Shown here: positions 16,272-24,530 of the stretch, one piece after another
Layout of the letters: each line of letters starts with the position of its first letter
How positions within the stretch are numbered: the first letter of the stretch is position 1
IMG/VR virus record: IMGVR_UViG_3300034272_001821
Span: 1 to 25,717 of that record
Reading direction: 5' to 3' (one strand)
Source: a virus
Taxonomy: Duplodnaviria > Caudoviricetes
DNA: 25,717 nt
Notes under the pieces: model-generated
Databases searched by the model: none
What the model was told of the DNA's origin: nothing
What the model saw: the letters and a program-made list of their open reading frames with translations, nothing else
Position numbers and translations under genes: made by a program

Positions 16272-16661
16272 TTATTTTTTTTGTTTTATTTCAATAGTAG
16301 AACTTATTTTTTGTATTTCGTATGCATATTTAAAAGTTTTCATAGATGGTACACCTTTAAATAAAAATTTTGGAACAATTCCAATCATTTTATCTGTTTT
16401 AGGGTAATACTTAAAACTATCAATCATCGATTCTATATCTAATTCTTTGTAATTATAATCATACGCTCTTCCCTTTTTTTCAATAGAAGTTTTAATAGTT
16501 TTTAATATTTGATTTCTTTTTTTAATATTATCTAATCCGTTTACATCCGATATTACTATTGCAATTCTAACTATCCACATACTAATAGGAGTTTCACCAG
16601 TTGAACGTGTAGTTGGCAATGGTGAAATTGCTTCGTTTAATATGTTAAGTAAAGATATCAT
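16272..16661 (-). CDS. Hypothetical protein with MISLLNILNE N-terminus
   Basis: ATATTTAT (16675-16668) lies 6 nt before the ATG. Confidence 0.7.
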   Translation of the reverse strand: MISLLNILNEAISPLPTTRSTGETPISMWIVRIAIVISDVNGLDNIKKRNQILKTIKTSIEKKGRAYDYNYKELDIESMIDSFKYYPKTDKMIGIVPKFLFKGVPSMKTFKYAYEIQKISSTIEIKQKK

Positions 16662-16683
16662 ACCCTAATAAATATAGAGTAGA

Positions 16684-18060
16684 TTAAATTCCAATATCCT
16701 TAAGACGTAGGATTTCTTTTTCAATATGTCTATTATATCCGTTCCATTTAATATTATCCAATAACCAATTACGATACCATATTGGAATCATTCGTATTTC
16801 TTTACCTTTGTATTTACCAAATGTCATTGGAATCGGTGCACCTTGTGCAGCTACATCGTGAGGTGATGGCTGATTTTCTTTATGTAAACCTATCTCATGC
16901 AAAGGAATGCCTGTTAGTAGTTTAGTTTCTTCTCCATACAATTTCCATAGTGGTTCTTCGAATTTAAAATATAAATCTTCCACCTTTCCGAACTTTGGTA
17001 CACTACCCACAAAATCAATCACAAGTCCATTTAATTTGTCAGGATGGATACGAGTTACTCTACCCACAAACTGATACCACCAGCTCAATGAAGCCGTAGG
17101 TCTACCAGTTATAATACAATCTAGCTCAGGGTGGTCAAACCCTACTGATAATATAGTAACTTGGACAATGATTCTCAATTTACCACTTTTGAAATCTGAT
17201 ATGATTTTATTTCGTTCACTATCAGGCATACCGCTAAAGATAGCTTCACAACTTGGTAGGCGTGTTGATAACTCTTTGGCTTCCTCAATTGATGGAACTG
17301 CTATTAAAATAGATTTTCTATCAGGTAATTCAGATATTCTCTTAATAATCTTACCACCAATATCCTGCTGCTTATAAGCCCGCTTAATACTATCATCAGT
17401 AAATTCCGCATTTGTAGAATTGTAAACCAATGCTCCAGTATCAAAATCGTATGATTCATATTGAAGTGGTGACCAGAATCCCAAATCAACCATTTCCTTA
17501 ATCTGCGCTACGTGAATAATTTCTTTAAAGTAGTTTCCTTTTTTACTCTTAGATGTAAGCATAACCAATTTGGAGAATGGTCTGAAATGCTCATCGATGT
17601 TTGTTTGTAATTTTAGTGGAGTTGCGGTTAAACCTAATACGTGAGTAATTTTAGCGGCAGTTAAGAACCTTCGTAACATTCCATCGGGTTCTCGTGGGAA
17701 ACGGTCACACTCATCAATGATTACTTTATTTATACCTAATGTATGGAATTTATGTGCTATATTAACAATAGAACCGATTGTAGCGTATGTAACCTCACCA
17801 ATCTCCTTCTCACCCATTGCCGCAGAATAGATGGATGCCTGACCACCTAAATTGATAAACTTGGTATAGTTCTGCTCCAATAATTCTTTCGATGGCTGAA
17901 TCACCAATAACTTTTCACCCAATTGATGCGCAATCTCAGCAATCACAATAGACTTACCAAATGCGGTAGGAGCTACTATAATTGATGGGACTGATTTCTT
18001 TTGTTGAAAAAATTCAACACCTTTTTTAACAGGTTCTACCTGATTTTCTCTTAGTTTCAA
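16684..18060 (-). CDS. Superfamily 2 DNA helicase, RadD/YejH/UvsW-like; start likely TTG 18060
   Basis: LRENQ Q-motif, APTAFGKS, IIDECD, GLTATP, LSVGFDHP, QFVGRVTR and C-terminal FGKYKG...IP..Y..W module. The track's start spans promoter P6. Confidence 0.9.
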   Translation of the reverse strand: MKLRENQVEPVKKGVEFFQQKKSVPSIIVAPTAFGKSIVIAEIAHQLGEKLLVIQPSKELLEQNYTKFINLGGQASIYSAAMGEKEIGEVTYATIGSIVNIAHKFHTLGINKVIIDECDRFPREPDGMLRRFLTAAKITHVLGLTATPLKLQTNIDEHFRPFSKLVMLTSKSKKGNYFKEIIHVAQIKEMVDLGFWSPLQYESYDFDTGALVYNSTNAEFTDDSIKRAYKQQDIGGKIIKRISELPDRKSILIAVPSIEEAKELSTRLPSCEAIFSGMPDSERNKIISDFKSGKLRIIVQVTILSVGFDHPELDCIITGRPTASLSWWYQFVGRVTRIHPDKLNGLVIDFVGSVPKFGKVEDLYFKFEEPLWKLYGEETKLLTGIPLHEIGLHKENQPSPHDVAAQGAPIPMTFGKYKGKEIRMIPIWYRNWLLDNIKWNGYNRHIEKEILRLKDIGI

Positions 18061-18080
18061 ATTTTTACAATTTACAATTG

Positions 18081-18112
18081 TAAAGATACGAAAAATAATC
18101 CATATATCCAAA
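18081..18112 (-). promoter_or_regulatory. Bacteroidota-type promoter P6 (helicase)
   Basis: TTTGG-N19-TATCTTTA. Confidence 0.75.
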
Positions 18113-18151
18113 TATTTTTATTTACGGCATATATTAATAAATCATTAATTA

Positions 18152-18183
18152 ATTGGTAATGTGGAAAAAATTTCGTATATTTG
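18152..18183 (+). promoter_or_regulatory. Bacteroidota-type promoter P7 (TonB receptor), divergent from P6
   Basis: ATTGG-N19-TATATTTG. Confidence 0.78.
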
Positions 18184-18227
18184 TGAAACATTTGTTAAAT
18201 AACATTATAGTTATTATAGTAATGCCT

Positions 18228-18323
18228 ATGAACACAAACAAAAACATTATATTTTTATATACAACGAATTCAGTCCATTTTGTAAGGGAAGTGGCTGGAC
18301 ACACTAAGGATATGGGAGAATAA
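18228..18323 (+). CDS. Candidate leader peptide (31 aa; alternative in-frame ATG at 18222)
   Basis: MNTNKNIIFLYTTNSVHFVREVAGHTKDMGE*; the stop codon falls in the loop of the leader terminator. Confidence 0.35.
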   Translation: MNTNKNIIFLYTTNSVHFVREVAGHTKDMGE

Positions 18324-18345
18324 TCTTCGTATCCTTTTTTATTTT
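18306..18345 (+). terminator. Leader terminator/attenuator upstream of the TonB receptor
   Basis: AAGGATATGGGAGA-ATAA-TCTTCGTATCCTT then TTTTATTTT, between P7 and ATG 18378. Confidence 0.7.
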
Positions 18346-18377
18346 AACAGGTTACAATTAAACAAAAACAAACAAAC

Positions 18378-21300
18378 ATGAAAAAAATCGGAAAATTTCT
18401 CCTTTTGGCAATGATTACATTATTATCATTTGGAGCAAGTGCACAAGAGACAACTTCTGAAATTCAGGGATTGGTTTCTGATGGTAAAGCCGGATTAGCG
18501 GGTGTTACGGTTGTTGCAACACATCAACCTACGGGTACGAAGTATAGTACTTCAACTCGTAATGATGGTAGATACAACTTACCTAACCTTAAAATCGGTG
18601 GACCTTATTCAATTCACGTAACATCAATTGGTTTCAAATCAGAACACCAAGACGATATTACATTATTGTTAGGTCAGTCACACAAATCAAACTTTGCTTT
18701 GAAAGAAGCTTCTACAACTTTGAAAGAAGTAGTTGTTACATCAGGACAAAGTAAAGTATTCAACTCAAGCCGTAATGGTTCTCAAGAGATTATCAATCGT
18801 AGATTAATCGAATCAGTACCTAACGTAAATCGTAGTTGGAAAGACTTAGTAAAATTAGTTCCTTCTCAGAACAACTTATCATTTGGTGGTATGAGTTCTC
18901 AATTGAATAACGTTACCTTAGATGGTGCGAACTTCAATAACTCATTCGGATTAGGTGATGGTACATTAGGTGGACAAACAGGAGCACAACCAATTTCCTT
19001 AGATGCGGTTGAACAAATTCAAGTTAACGTTTCACCTTTTGATGTTAAGTATGGTGGATTCGCTGGTGGTTCTGTAAACACAGTTACTAGAAGTGGTAAG
19101 AATCAAGCATTTGGTTCAGTTTACCAATACTTCAAAAACAAAGATTTACAGGGTTACAAAGTAGGTGATATTACATTACCAGAACAACCATTCACTTATG
19201 ATTTAAAAGGATTTACAGCAGGTGGAGCAATTATCAAAAACAAATTGTTCTTCTTCGTAAATGGTGAGCAAGAAGAAAGAATGGAACCTGGTACACAATG
19301 GACAGCATCTGATGCAAACAATAATCCAAATGGTATCAATATCTCACAAGCTAAAGCAGCTGATTTAGATGCTTTACAAAAGTTCTTAATTGAAAAATAC
19401 GGATACAACCCTGGTGCATATCAAGGATATCAGTACGCTTCAAAATCAAAAAGATTAACTACTAAATTAGATTGGAATATTAATGATAAGAATTCGTTCT
19501 CATTGAAATATACAATGTTACGTTCTTCAGCTGATATCCCAGCTTCTAATAGTGGTTCAATTAATTCATCAAATGGTAGAAGACCGGGCGTTACTGCAAT
19601 GCCTTTCTTTGGTAGTGGTTATGTAATTAATAACAACGCCGATATCTTAATTGGTGAATTGAACACTCGTTTCTCTAATTCAGCTAACAACAAATTACAA
19701 ATCGGATTTACTCAATTGAGAGATTTCAGAAGCTCATTAAGTGCTGGCAATTTCCCTCAAGTTGATATATTAGATGGTAATGGTTTACCTTACACTACGT
19801 TTGGCTATGAGAGATTTACTTATGGTAACGTATTGAATTCAGATGTAATTCAAATAAACGATATCTTTAATTTATATAAAGGTAAGCACGAATTTACATT
19901 TGGTACACAAAATTCATTCAAACAATATTCAAATGGTTTCTCACCTTCTTACGCAGGTGCATTCCGTTTTAATAGTTTAGCAGATTTCTACGCTTCAGCA
20001 AATGGAACTAAAGCAGCAGCAGTTTATGATTTATCATATTCTCTAAGTGGTGGTTTCCCATTAGTTGGGCCAAAGAATACTGAATTAAGTTTGTTCGCTC
20101 AGGATAAATTTAGAGTAAAAGATAATCTAACTATTACTTATGGTATTAGAGCTGATTATGTTTCTTTCGCTGATAATTTCCTTTACAATCCAGTAGTTGA
20201 TACATTAAGTAAATTCTATGGTGGAGTTAATTTGAACACAGGTTTAGCACCTAAGGCTTCATTACAAATTTCTCCTAGAATTGGTTTCAACTGGGATGTG
20301 AACAATGACCAAACATTACAAGTAAGAGGTGGTACTGGTTTATTCCAAGGCCCTCCTCCTTTCGTATGGATTTCAAATCAGGCATCAAATAGTGGTATGG
20401 CATTGTTTGGAAGTATCACAAACGGAACTGGATATATGTTCTCACCTGATATTGATAAATACAGACCAACACCTACGCCAGGATTATCTAAATCATATTC
20501 TCTTAACGTAACTGACCCTAATTATAAATTTCCGCAAGTTTGGAAATCTACATTAGCAGTTGATAAGAAAGTATTAGGATGGACGGTAACTGCGGAAGGA
20601 ACTTATATTAAGAACATTAACGCTACGGTATTCCAAAACGTTGCATTACCTTCAACAGGCAATACAACATTAAGTGATGGTAGAGTTAGATTTGTAAAAC
20701 GTTCAGTTTACGATGCAACTGGAACTGCTCAAACAGCAGCTAATCCAAACATCGGTAACGCAATTTATATGACTAATGCAAACATTGGTTATACTTTATT
20801 TGGAACATTACAGGTTCAAAGACAATTTAAGAACTTAGCGGTAAACGCTTCTTATACTCGTCAAATAGCAGTTGATGCTACAATCAATGGTTCAACTGCA
20901 TTTACAATGTGGGGAGCTAGACCTACTGGTACTGACCCTAACAACTTTGAGGCAGGTTTTTCAAACAACTACTTACCTCATAGAATTATTGCTAGTGTAA
21001 ACTATGGTAAAGAATTGATTAAGAACACAAGAACTTCAATTGGTTTATTATATGAAGCTTCTCCTAACGCTCCACAATCTTCTCTTTCTTACACATATGG
21101 TGGTGATATTAATAACGATGGTTTCAATGGTAACGATTTAATATTCGTTCCTAAAGATGCATCTCAAATTAAATTAACTAACGCATCTGCTGTAAGTGGT
21201 GTAGCTGATACAAGAACACAAGCAGAATTATGGTCACAATTAGATGCTTTCATTTCAAACAATCCTTACCTTTCAACTCGTAGAGGTATGATGAGTGAAA

Positions 21301-21638
21301 GACAAGCATTAGTGTTACCTTGGGTTCATAGATTAGATTTGAACTTTACGCAAGATGTTTATATCAAAGTAAAAGATACTAAACATACTTTAAGATTCAC
21401 AGCTGATGTTTATAACTTCACAAATTTCATATCTAAAGAATTAGGTACTCAACAAGTTCCTGTCACAACAACTCCACTTAACTTTGTTAAATTGGATACT
21501 GATGGCAAGACACCTATCTTCTCATTCCCTTATTTAGATGGGAGAAATAAAGTTCCGTTTACTGATTCATTCAGAGATAACGTTGGATTTGGTTCTCGTT
21601 TCCAAATACAATTAGGCGTTAGATATTTGTTTAACTAA
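18378..21638 (+). CDS. TonB-dependent outer-membrane receptor, Oar-like, with N-terminal carboxypeptidase-regulatory-like domain
   Basis: Signal peptide (ASA|Q), GRYNLPNLKIGGPY, TonB-box-like LKEVVVT, plug PISLDAVEQIQVNVSPFDV..GGFAGGSVNTVTRSG.N, SPRIGFNWD, RGGTGLF and C-terminal QIQLGVRYLFN. Confidence 0.95.
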   Translation: MKKIGKFLLLAMITLLSFGASAQETTSEIQGLVSDGKAGLAGVTVVATHQPTGTKYSTSTRNDGRYNLPNLKIGGPYSIHVTSIGFKSEHQDDITLLLGQSHKSNFALKEASTTLKEVVVTSGQSKVFNSSRNGSQEIINRRLIESVPNVNRSWKDLVKLVPSQNNLSFGGMSSQLNNVTLDGANFNNSFGLGDGTLGGQTGAQPISLDAVEQIQVNVSPFDVKYGGFAGGSVNTVTRSGKNQAFGSVYQYFKNKDLQGYKVGDITLPEQPFTYDLKGFTAGGAIIKNKLFFFVNGEQEERMEPGTQWTASDANNNPNGINISQAKAADLDALQKFLIEKYGYNPGAYQGYQYASKSKRLTTKLDWNINDKNSFSLKYTMLRSSADIPASNSGSINSSNGRRPGVTAMPFFGSGYVINNNADILIGELNTRFSNSANNKLQIGFTQLRDFRSSLSAGNFPQVDILDGNGLPYTTFGYERFTYGNVLNSDVIQINDIFNLYKGKHEFTFGTQNSFKQYSNGFSPSYAGAFRFNSLADFYASANGTKAAAVYDLSYSLSGGFPLVGPKNTELSLFAQDKFRVKDNLTITYGIRADYVSFADNFLYNPVVDTLSKFYGGVNLNTGLAPKASLQISPRIGFNWDVNNDQTLQVRGGTGLFQGPPPFVWISNQASNSGMALFGSITNGTGYMFSPDIDKYRPTPTPGLSKSYSLNVTDPNYKFPQVWKSTLAVDKKVLGWTVTAEGTYIKNINATVFQNVALPSTGNTTLSDGRVRFVKRSVYDATGTAQTAANPNIGNAIYMTNANIGYTLFGTLQVQRQFKNLAVNASYTRQIAVDATINGSTAFTMWGARPTGTDPNNFEAGFSNNYLPHRIIASVNYGKELIKNTRTSIGLLYEASPNAPQSSLSYTYGGDINNDGFNGNDLIFVPKDASQIKLTNASAVSGVADTRTQAELWSQLDAFISNNPYLSTRRGMMSERQALVLPWVHRLDLNFTQDVYIKVKDTKHTLRFTADVYNFTNFISKELGTQQVPVTTTPLNFVKLDTDGKTPIFSFPYLDGRNKVPFTDSFRDNVGFGSRFQIQLGVRYLFN

Positions 21639-21662
21639 CATTTATTAGTATATAAAAAAGTT

Positions 21663-21694
21663 AAGACCCTCACAATATGTGGGGGTTTTCTTTT
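21663..21694 (+). terminator. Intrinsic terminator of the TonB receptor gene
   Basis: AAGACCCTCACA-ATA-TGTGGGGGTTTT then CTTTT. Confidence 0.85.
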
Positions 21695-21782
21695 GCTATT
21701 AATATTGTAGTAATACTTATTTATATTCGGCGCCTGTTTTATAAAGTAAAGTTACCCTTTATTCATTTTAAACAGAAAGAAC

Positions 21783-21893
21783 ATGCAAAATGTATTAGAT
21801 TTCGTTTTCAACTTTAGCTTCGTAGGAGGTGTATTGGTTGGAGTAGTTTTAAGACCATATATTATGATATTGGTGGCAAAATTAAAAAAGTAA
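21783..21893 (+). CDS. 36-aa single-TM membrane peptide, not in the ORF track
   Basis: MQNVLDFVFNFSFVGGVLVGVVLRPYIMILVAKLKK*; A-rich upstream, ATACTTAT at 21713-21720, own terminator. Confidence 0.65.
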   Translation: MQNVLDFVFNFSFVGGVLVGVVLRPYIMILVAKLKK

Positions 21894-21917
21894 AAAAGTA
21901 GATTATTAGTACTAATC

Positions 21918-21950
21918 AAAGACCCTCATAGAAATATGGGGGTTTTTTAT
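21918..21950 (+). terminator. Intrinsic terminator
   Basis: AAAGACCCTCATA-GAAA-TATGGGGGTTTTTTAT. Confidence 0.88.
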
Positions 21951-21981
21951 TTGGTATATTGAATATTATTTCGTATCTTTG
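21950..21981 (+). promoter_or_regulatory. Bacteroidota-type promoter P8
   Basis: TTTGG-N19-TATCTTTG. Confidence 0.8.
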
Positions 21982-21996
21982 TAAAAAGAAATTAAT

Positions 21997-22374
21997 ATGA
22001 CTAGCCAAGAATATACACAATGGTTGAAAGGATTTTTAGATGCAGTAGATAATTACGCTATTACTAAAAAACAATTTGATGCTATTAGAGAAAAATTAAA
22101 AGAAGTAGATGATACTACTCAAAGTATTGGAACTCCTATTGGTAATGGCGGATGGTGGGGTGGTACTGCAACACCATATAGTATCCCTTTAAGCGGCACT
22201 ATTACAACAGGTGGTACAATTACTACATCAAACTATCCAAGCGGAAGTACGCTCACCTATACAACAGGAAATGGTGGTTTAAGCACATATACAATGGGTG
22301 GTACTATTACATCAACAAATACTGCTTATGTAAATCAAAGTAGTGAGGATGATGAGAAATTATTATTGGATTAA
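21997..22374 (+). CDS. Hypothetical protein with T/G-rich low-complexity tail
   Basis: MTSQEYTQWLKGF N-terminus; stop overlaps the convergent gene (TTAA). Confidence 0.75.
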   Translation: MTSQEYTQWLKGFLDAVDNYAITKKQFDAIREKLKEVDDTTQSIGTPIGNGGWWGGTATPYSIPLSGTITTGGTITTSNYPSGSTLTYTTGNGGLSTYTMGGTITSTNTAYVNQSSEDDEKLLLD

Positions 22375-22739
22375 ACGTATCTAGCCGTTCCAAAAGAAGT
22401 ATCCATACCATCTAAAGGTATGTTTGTATTATAACTACGAGTTGAATTACCACCAACGTAATCAATAGCATCTTTAATTGATTTGAATCTTTTAGGAGGA
22501 AATGTGGTATTTGATTCACCACCACTAGCTATTATAGTTTTATCGGCTTTGTTATAGTAGATAGTTCCACCAAACTTACCCATAACCATTACATTATATT
22601 TTACATAATCTCCGGCACTACCTTGCTTTACTACTTTAGTATTTTGATATGAAGGTCTAACACCGCCAGCATCACGTTGTTTAAACGTAAATTTATCGGT
22701 ATTACTTTCACCTTCCATTATCTTTACTATACTAATCAT
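22371..22739 (-). CDS. Hypothetical protein with MISIVKIME N-terminus
   Basis: ATATTTAT (22753-22746) lies 6 nt before the ATG. Confidence 0.7.
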   Translation of the reverse strand: MISIVKIMEGESNTDKFTFKQRDAGGVRPSYQNTKVVKQGSAGDYVKYNVMVMGKFGGTIYYNKADKTIIASGGESNTTFPPKRFKSIKDAIDYVGGNSTRSYNTNIPLDGMDTSFGTARYV

Positions 22740-22755
22740 ATAGTAATAAATATGA

Positions 22756-23028
22756 TTATTTCAGGTTATCGTATCTTTTCTTATTCTTTTCGTTTTCCCA
22801 TTTCATTTCAGCGGCTACCCATTTACCTCTGGGACAAGCTCCTATAACAGGTGAATATACTTTAGCTTTAAGTGCACATCCACACTCACCACAATGAATA
22901 ATAGGAGTAGTTCTTTTAGAATCACATGTATCGCATATCTCCATACGAGCAGCTGCCAATTCTGATTGTGCATCATTTGGATTAAACATTATACCCCAAG
23001 CTCTGAAAATTTCTTCTATCTTATTCAT
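22756..23028 (-). CDS. Cys-rich small metal-binding protein (DUF6171-like)
   Basis: RMEICDTC...CGECGC.LKAK...ACPRGKW. Confidence 0.75.
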   Translation of the reverse strand: MNKIEEIFRAWGIMFNPNDAQSELAAARMEICDTCDSKRTTPIIHCGECGCALKAKVYSPVIGACPRGKWVAAEMKWENEKNKKRYDNLK

Positions 23029-23049
23029 AAAACTATTAATTTATTATAA

Positions 23050-23361
23050 TTATAACGTATTTAAATAATGTGTTAGGGATTCGCCAAACAATTCCATATC
23101 TTCCAATACCGAATGATAAATAACATCATCAATTATATTAGAAGGTTTCTTATCATCCTCAACTAAAGATATTCTATACGCCGTATCATATTCAGCTTCA
23201 TCCATCATTGGTTCTCTTAGTATAGCCATAGTTATACTCTTTTTAGTATTAGCATTAAACGCCTGTAATGCATAACACTCTTTCATTTCTTCTACCTTAC
23301 CAATTTGCCAATCTCCAAAGTATTGGTTCTTAATCTTCTTATAGTTCTTTATTACTAACAT
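23050..23361 (-). CDS. Paralog-array protein 1
   Basis: MLVIKNYKKI...DWQIGKVEE...Y. Confidence 0.75.
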   Translation of the reverse strand: MLVIKNYKKIKNQYFGDWQIGKVEEMKECYALQAFNANTKKSITMAILREPMMDEAEYDTAYRISLVEDDKKPSNIIDDVIYHSVLEDMELFGESLTHYLNTL

Positions 23362-23362
23362 A

Positions 23363-23668
23363 TTACACTTTAACCTTTAAATTATGTCTAACTACTACAT
23401 CTACTATTGCTTCATAAACTGAATCAACATTTTCTAATTCTTTTTTATTCAACCAATATTCCGATACACCGCATAACATTAAATACTCATCTTTATGCGG
23501 ATGGTCTTGCTGTGGAGGACTAATTCTACTTAATGTTATTCTATAATATTCATTGGAAGGTAAAGTAGGATAGTAGTATGTTATTTCATAATACAATTCT
23601 AATTCACCAATATCTATTTGACTTCTAAACATTCTAGTCAACTTATCCCAATTCTTTATTGTTATCAT
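23363..23668 (-). CDS. Paralog-array protein 2
   Basis: MITIKNWDKL... Confidence 0.75.
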   Translation of the reverse strand: MITIKNWDKLTRMFRSQIDIGELELYYEITYYYPTLPSNEYYRITLSRISPPQQDHPHKDEYLMLCGVSEYWLNKKELENVDSVYEAIVDVVVRHNLKVKV

Positions 23669-23670
23669 AA

Positions 23671-24000
23671 TTAAAAAGGTAATCCGTATTCATCATCAAT
23701 AACACTCTCTACCCAATTATAGAAAGCACTTTTATTCAATTGGGGTTTTGTTAAATTAAGAGTCCTTCTCCACTTATCACTAACCATATCTTGAATATAC
23801 ACTTCATGCAAATCTTCACTTACTACATGCTTTGTTCTCTTTTTAGAATTTCTATGTACTAAGACATATACTCTCTTTTGTTCGTTCCTATGTTCAAACT
23901 CAAAGGAATAAAAATCTTTATCTTCTAAAGCATATTTCATATCCCATCCATAGAATGTAGCATGCCCCACATCACTATTATAATTTTTTATTGTAATCAT
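23671..24000 (-). CDS. Paralog-array protein 3
   Basis: MITIKNY...GWDMKYALEDKDFYSF. Confidence 0.75.
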   Translation of the reverse strand: MITIKNYNSDVGHATFYGWDMKYALEDKDFYSFEFEHRNEQKRVYVLVHRNSKKRTKHVVSEDLHEVYIQDMVSDKWRRTLNLTKPQLNKSAFYNWVESVIDDEYGLPF

Positions 24001-24478
24001 CTATTTGTTGTTGTAAATCTTTTATTGTTTGTAGAAGATGAGCTGGCGTAAATCTATTTGATAAAGAGCTACTACCATATAAAACATTTGTACCGGCACT
24101 TTGGACTTGATTAATAATTCCCGTAGTACCACCATTAATATTTGTAGTTGCTTTCTTTACATACGATTGTGCTTCTTCTAATATATCATCAACCAACATT
24201 TCATATTGCTCTCTAAATTTTTGTAAAGTATTAATGTTAGTTTTTGTCAAATGAGATTTAGCTAATAGAAGTTGGGTTGCACTATCTAAAATACGAAATG
24301 TAAATACACCAGTATTATTGTTTAATGTTAATTCAATATCCCATTTTGGTTTATAAACTTGATTCAAATTCAATACAGTTGCAAAGTAACCTTCTTCGTT
24401 GGCATCATGTATTGGATTAACAATAGAGTAACCTTTGTAAGTAAAGCCTGATATCTTATCCCATCCTTTTATTTTCAT
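23978..24478 (-). CDS. Paralog-array protein 4 with C-terminal extension
   Basis: MKIKGWDKI...; own promoter P9. Confidence 0.75.
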   Translation of the reverse strand: MKIKGWDKISGFTYKGYSIVNPIHDANEEGYFATVLNLNQVYKPKWDIELTLNNNTGVFTFRILDSATQLLLAKSHLTKTNINTLQKFREQYEMLVDDILEEAQSYVKKATTNINGGTTGIINQVQSAGTNVLYGSSSLSNRFTPAHLLQTIKDLQQQIDDYNKKL

Positions 24479-24497
24479 TACGAAATTGTTTTATGAG

Positions 24498-24529
24498 TAA
24501 AGGTACGAAATTTTCCACACTTTACCAAA
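24498..24529 (-). promoter_or_regulatory. Bacteroidota-type promoter P9
   Basis: TTTGG-N19-TACCTTTA. Confidence 0.72.
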
Positions 24530-24530
24530 T

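Noticed and set aside
2056-17377. Plus-strand track ORFs at 2056, 3567, 7405, 8800, 9413, 10170, 11196, 12300, 13812, 14221, 16153 and 17168
   Set aside because: Antisense shadows of well-supported minus-strand genes, with no promoter or recognisable motif.
15568-18111. Long N-termini given by the track for the DUF3310 gene (15624) and helicase (18111)
   Set aside because: Both extensions translate promoter DNA (shared IFRIF text comes from the TTCGTA motif); downstream starts at 15567 and 18060 fit better.
18260-18340. Cobalamin or TPP riboswitch ahead of the TonB receptor
   Set aside because: Only AAGGGAA resembles the cobalamin core; no GCCACTG/B12 box and no TPP CTGAGA motif. Kept as an unclassified attenuator.
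17304-20511. ORFs 17304-17489 (-), 19196-19408 (-) and 20329-20511 (+)
   Set aside because: Nested out of frame or antisense within the helicase and TonB receptor genes.
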